Source of the DNA: Porphyridium purpureum
Taxonomy: Eukaryota
Assembly (NCBI GenBank): GCA_008690995.1
Contig: VRMN01000026.1
Coordinates: 1-64,000 of the forward strand
DNA: 64,000 nucleotides
Direction of reading: 5' to 3'
The notes beneath the pieces are model-generated. The model did no database searches. It had not been told where the DNA came from and saw nothing but the letters and a program-made list of their open reading frames with translations. Position 1 is the first letter of the stretch; the number at the start of each line of letters is the position of its first letter. A program made the translations under genes and the position numbers. Below are positions 62,570 through 64,000 of the stretch, piece after piece.

Positions 62570-62858
62570 GAGCATGTTGCACCACCAGACTACTCAAAGA
62601 CACGGGTCCTCGCGGTGGCGAGCGCACATGATTAGCGGCAGCATTTGCATGACTGCTTGTCCGTCCGGGAGGCGACGTCGGCCCGGACGACGTCTTTCTT
62701 GTCGACATGCCACTGGGCGGCTTGGCGCCGTGTCGGGAAGGCTGCGGCGGCGGCGACTGGACACCCGCTGTTGCATCATGCACCCTACGCCCGTTTATCG
62801 GGGCATGCAGCAGCTGTCCCGCAAAGTCGTCGTTGTCGTCGTCGTCTTGAATCTCCAT
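60513..62858 (-). CDS. Armadillo-repeat protein with a low-complexity N-terminus
   Basis: Repeated GG(I/V)..(I/V)..(A)M...H......Q..GC..L.NL patterns. Confidence 0.85.
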
Positions 62859-63192
62859 GCTTCACGCTCGCAGCCATGTCCCTCACCGCACCCCGTGGCT
62901 CGCGCTCAGCAGCACTGCGCACTGACACAAGAATGCTGCATTGCATACCAATTATTCATTCCAAACCCAGGTTCCGTGATGGCATTTTAATGCAGCATTT
63001 CCATGACCGCGTGTACACTTTAGGTGTACTTGGGTGTACACGGGTCAGTACGATGAAAAATGGCCAGTTTGGGTGGGTACAGCTTGATTATGTTTCCAGG
63101 CGGTTGAAAGTTGAAGCCGGACAACGTTTTTGGCGTTTGTCGGTTGATGGTGCGTAGAGGCGGCAGGGAGGAAAGAGGGGGATCCTCAACGC

Positions 63193-64000
63193 ATGCGAAC
63201 GATGGGAACGATGGATGAGGGAACGGCCGCGAAGAATGAGACTGACAGTGGTGCGGCTGACGGCGTTACCCCGCGAGGAGACGTGAGAGAAACTACGGCG
63301 AAGAAGGAACGGGCTCGACACCGGCAGAACAACCGACGCCGCAGTAGCAACGCCACACCAAACGCGGGCCACAATGGTGAGCACGCGCACTCGCGTGCGC
63401 TAAATCAAGCTGCGGAGAAGGCCAGGGCTCATGAGAACCAGGGAACGGAGCGTGGGAGGAAGAGTCAGGCAGCGGAAGTGGCCCCAGACGCGGCGCTGCC
63501 AGAAAAAGTGCCAGGCGATCCGCGGAAGATCGCAGGCGCTCCGTTGGGCAAGGCGCAGCTCGCTGCCATGGGCAAAGGAGTGCAGTACGGGCGCAACACA
63601 GAGAACTTTGATCCCGCATCGACTCTTGTCCGCCCGTCGATGCGCATTTTGGTAGGCAGCCCCTCGGCTGAAAAATACGATCGCCCGATCAAGCACGACG
63701 ATGTGGTCATTGTACCCGAGTTCTTCTGCGCAGAAAATGACTGGTCTCTATACTATACACTGATTGAAGAAATGACTGCCGTGCAGACTGGCGCAAGAGA
63801 GCAAAAGGGTAGTGAGTGGATCAGCTGGCACGAAGGAGCGCATTTAATCTGCAAGAACCCCACGGGCAGCAAGACGTTTGCCATGATTCAGGACAGAATG
63901 GGCGACTATTTCGGTATTTCAAGGAAGAGCGTGGGCACGCGCTTCAATTGGTATCGCGACGCATCAGACTGGAAGCCGTTTCACCATGATTCGGCAGCTT
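63193..64000 (+). CDS. 2OG-Fe(II) oxygenase (AlkB-like), truncated by the window end
   Basis: Open frame from ATG 63193 to the window end, translated by hand: ...ISWHEGAHL...TRFNWYRDASDWKPFHHDSAA (N-x-Y and HxD motifs). Confidence 0.8.
   Translation, partial: MRTMGTMDEGTAAKNETDSGAADGVTPRGDVRETTAKKERARHRQNNRRRSSNATPNAGHNGEHAHSRALNQAAEKARAHENQGTERGRKSQAAEVAPDAALPEKVPGDPRKIAGAPLGKAQLAAMGKGVQYGRNTENFDPASTLVRPSMRILVGSPSAEKYDRPIKHDDVVIVPEFFCAENDWSLYYTLIEEMTAVQTGAREQKGSEWISWHEGAHLICKNPTGSKTFAMIQDRMGDYFGISRKSVGTRFNWYRDASDWKPFHHDSAA

Noticed and set aside
20..63710. Numerous 60-300 aa ORFs antisense or off-frame to the called genes
   Set aside because: Expected shadow ORFs in GC-rich coding DNA; no recognisable motifs

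Overview
Eukaryotic, GC-rich, apparently intronless and very gene-dense DNA. The M(A/L)AF-type plastid transit peptides and gene style suggest a unicellular red alga of the Porphyridium type; this is an inference. The window has three parts. (1) 4-~6700: a homomeric acetyl-CoA carboxylase on the minus strand. (2) 7025-36865: a 30-kb nest of five LTR retrotransposons from four families, all with paired LTRs and target-site duplications (TSDs). A Copia-order element (+) holds two copies of Gypsy family A (-). Copy A1 holds Gypsy B (+), which holds Gypsy C (-). (3) 37535-64000: 13 host genes: bromodomain protein, DXR, flavin amine oxidase, PRP16, SAM methyltransferase, Nudix, DUF2009, ArsA/GET3, C2H2 transcription factor, membrane protein, HYPK, ARM protein and a partial 2OG-Fe(II) oxygenase. 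The most unusual feature is the outer element. It joins a Ty3/Gypsy-type Gag and protease to a Copia IN-RT-RH, carries a Cys-rich region and a Myb/SANT-like domain after the integrase, and has LTRs ending 5'-CG...AG-3'. Gypsy B and C have a 14-nt self-complementary sequence where the tRNA primer-binding site (PBS) should be. B appears to use UGA-CUA readthrough, whereas A and C use A_AAA_AAC -1 frameshifting. Family A LTRs carry conserved heat-shock elements. All comparisons were made by eye and no database searches were run.
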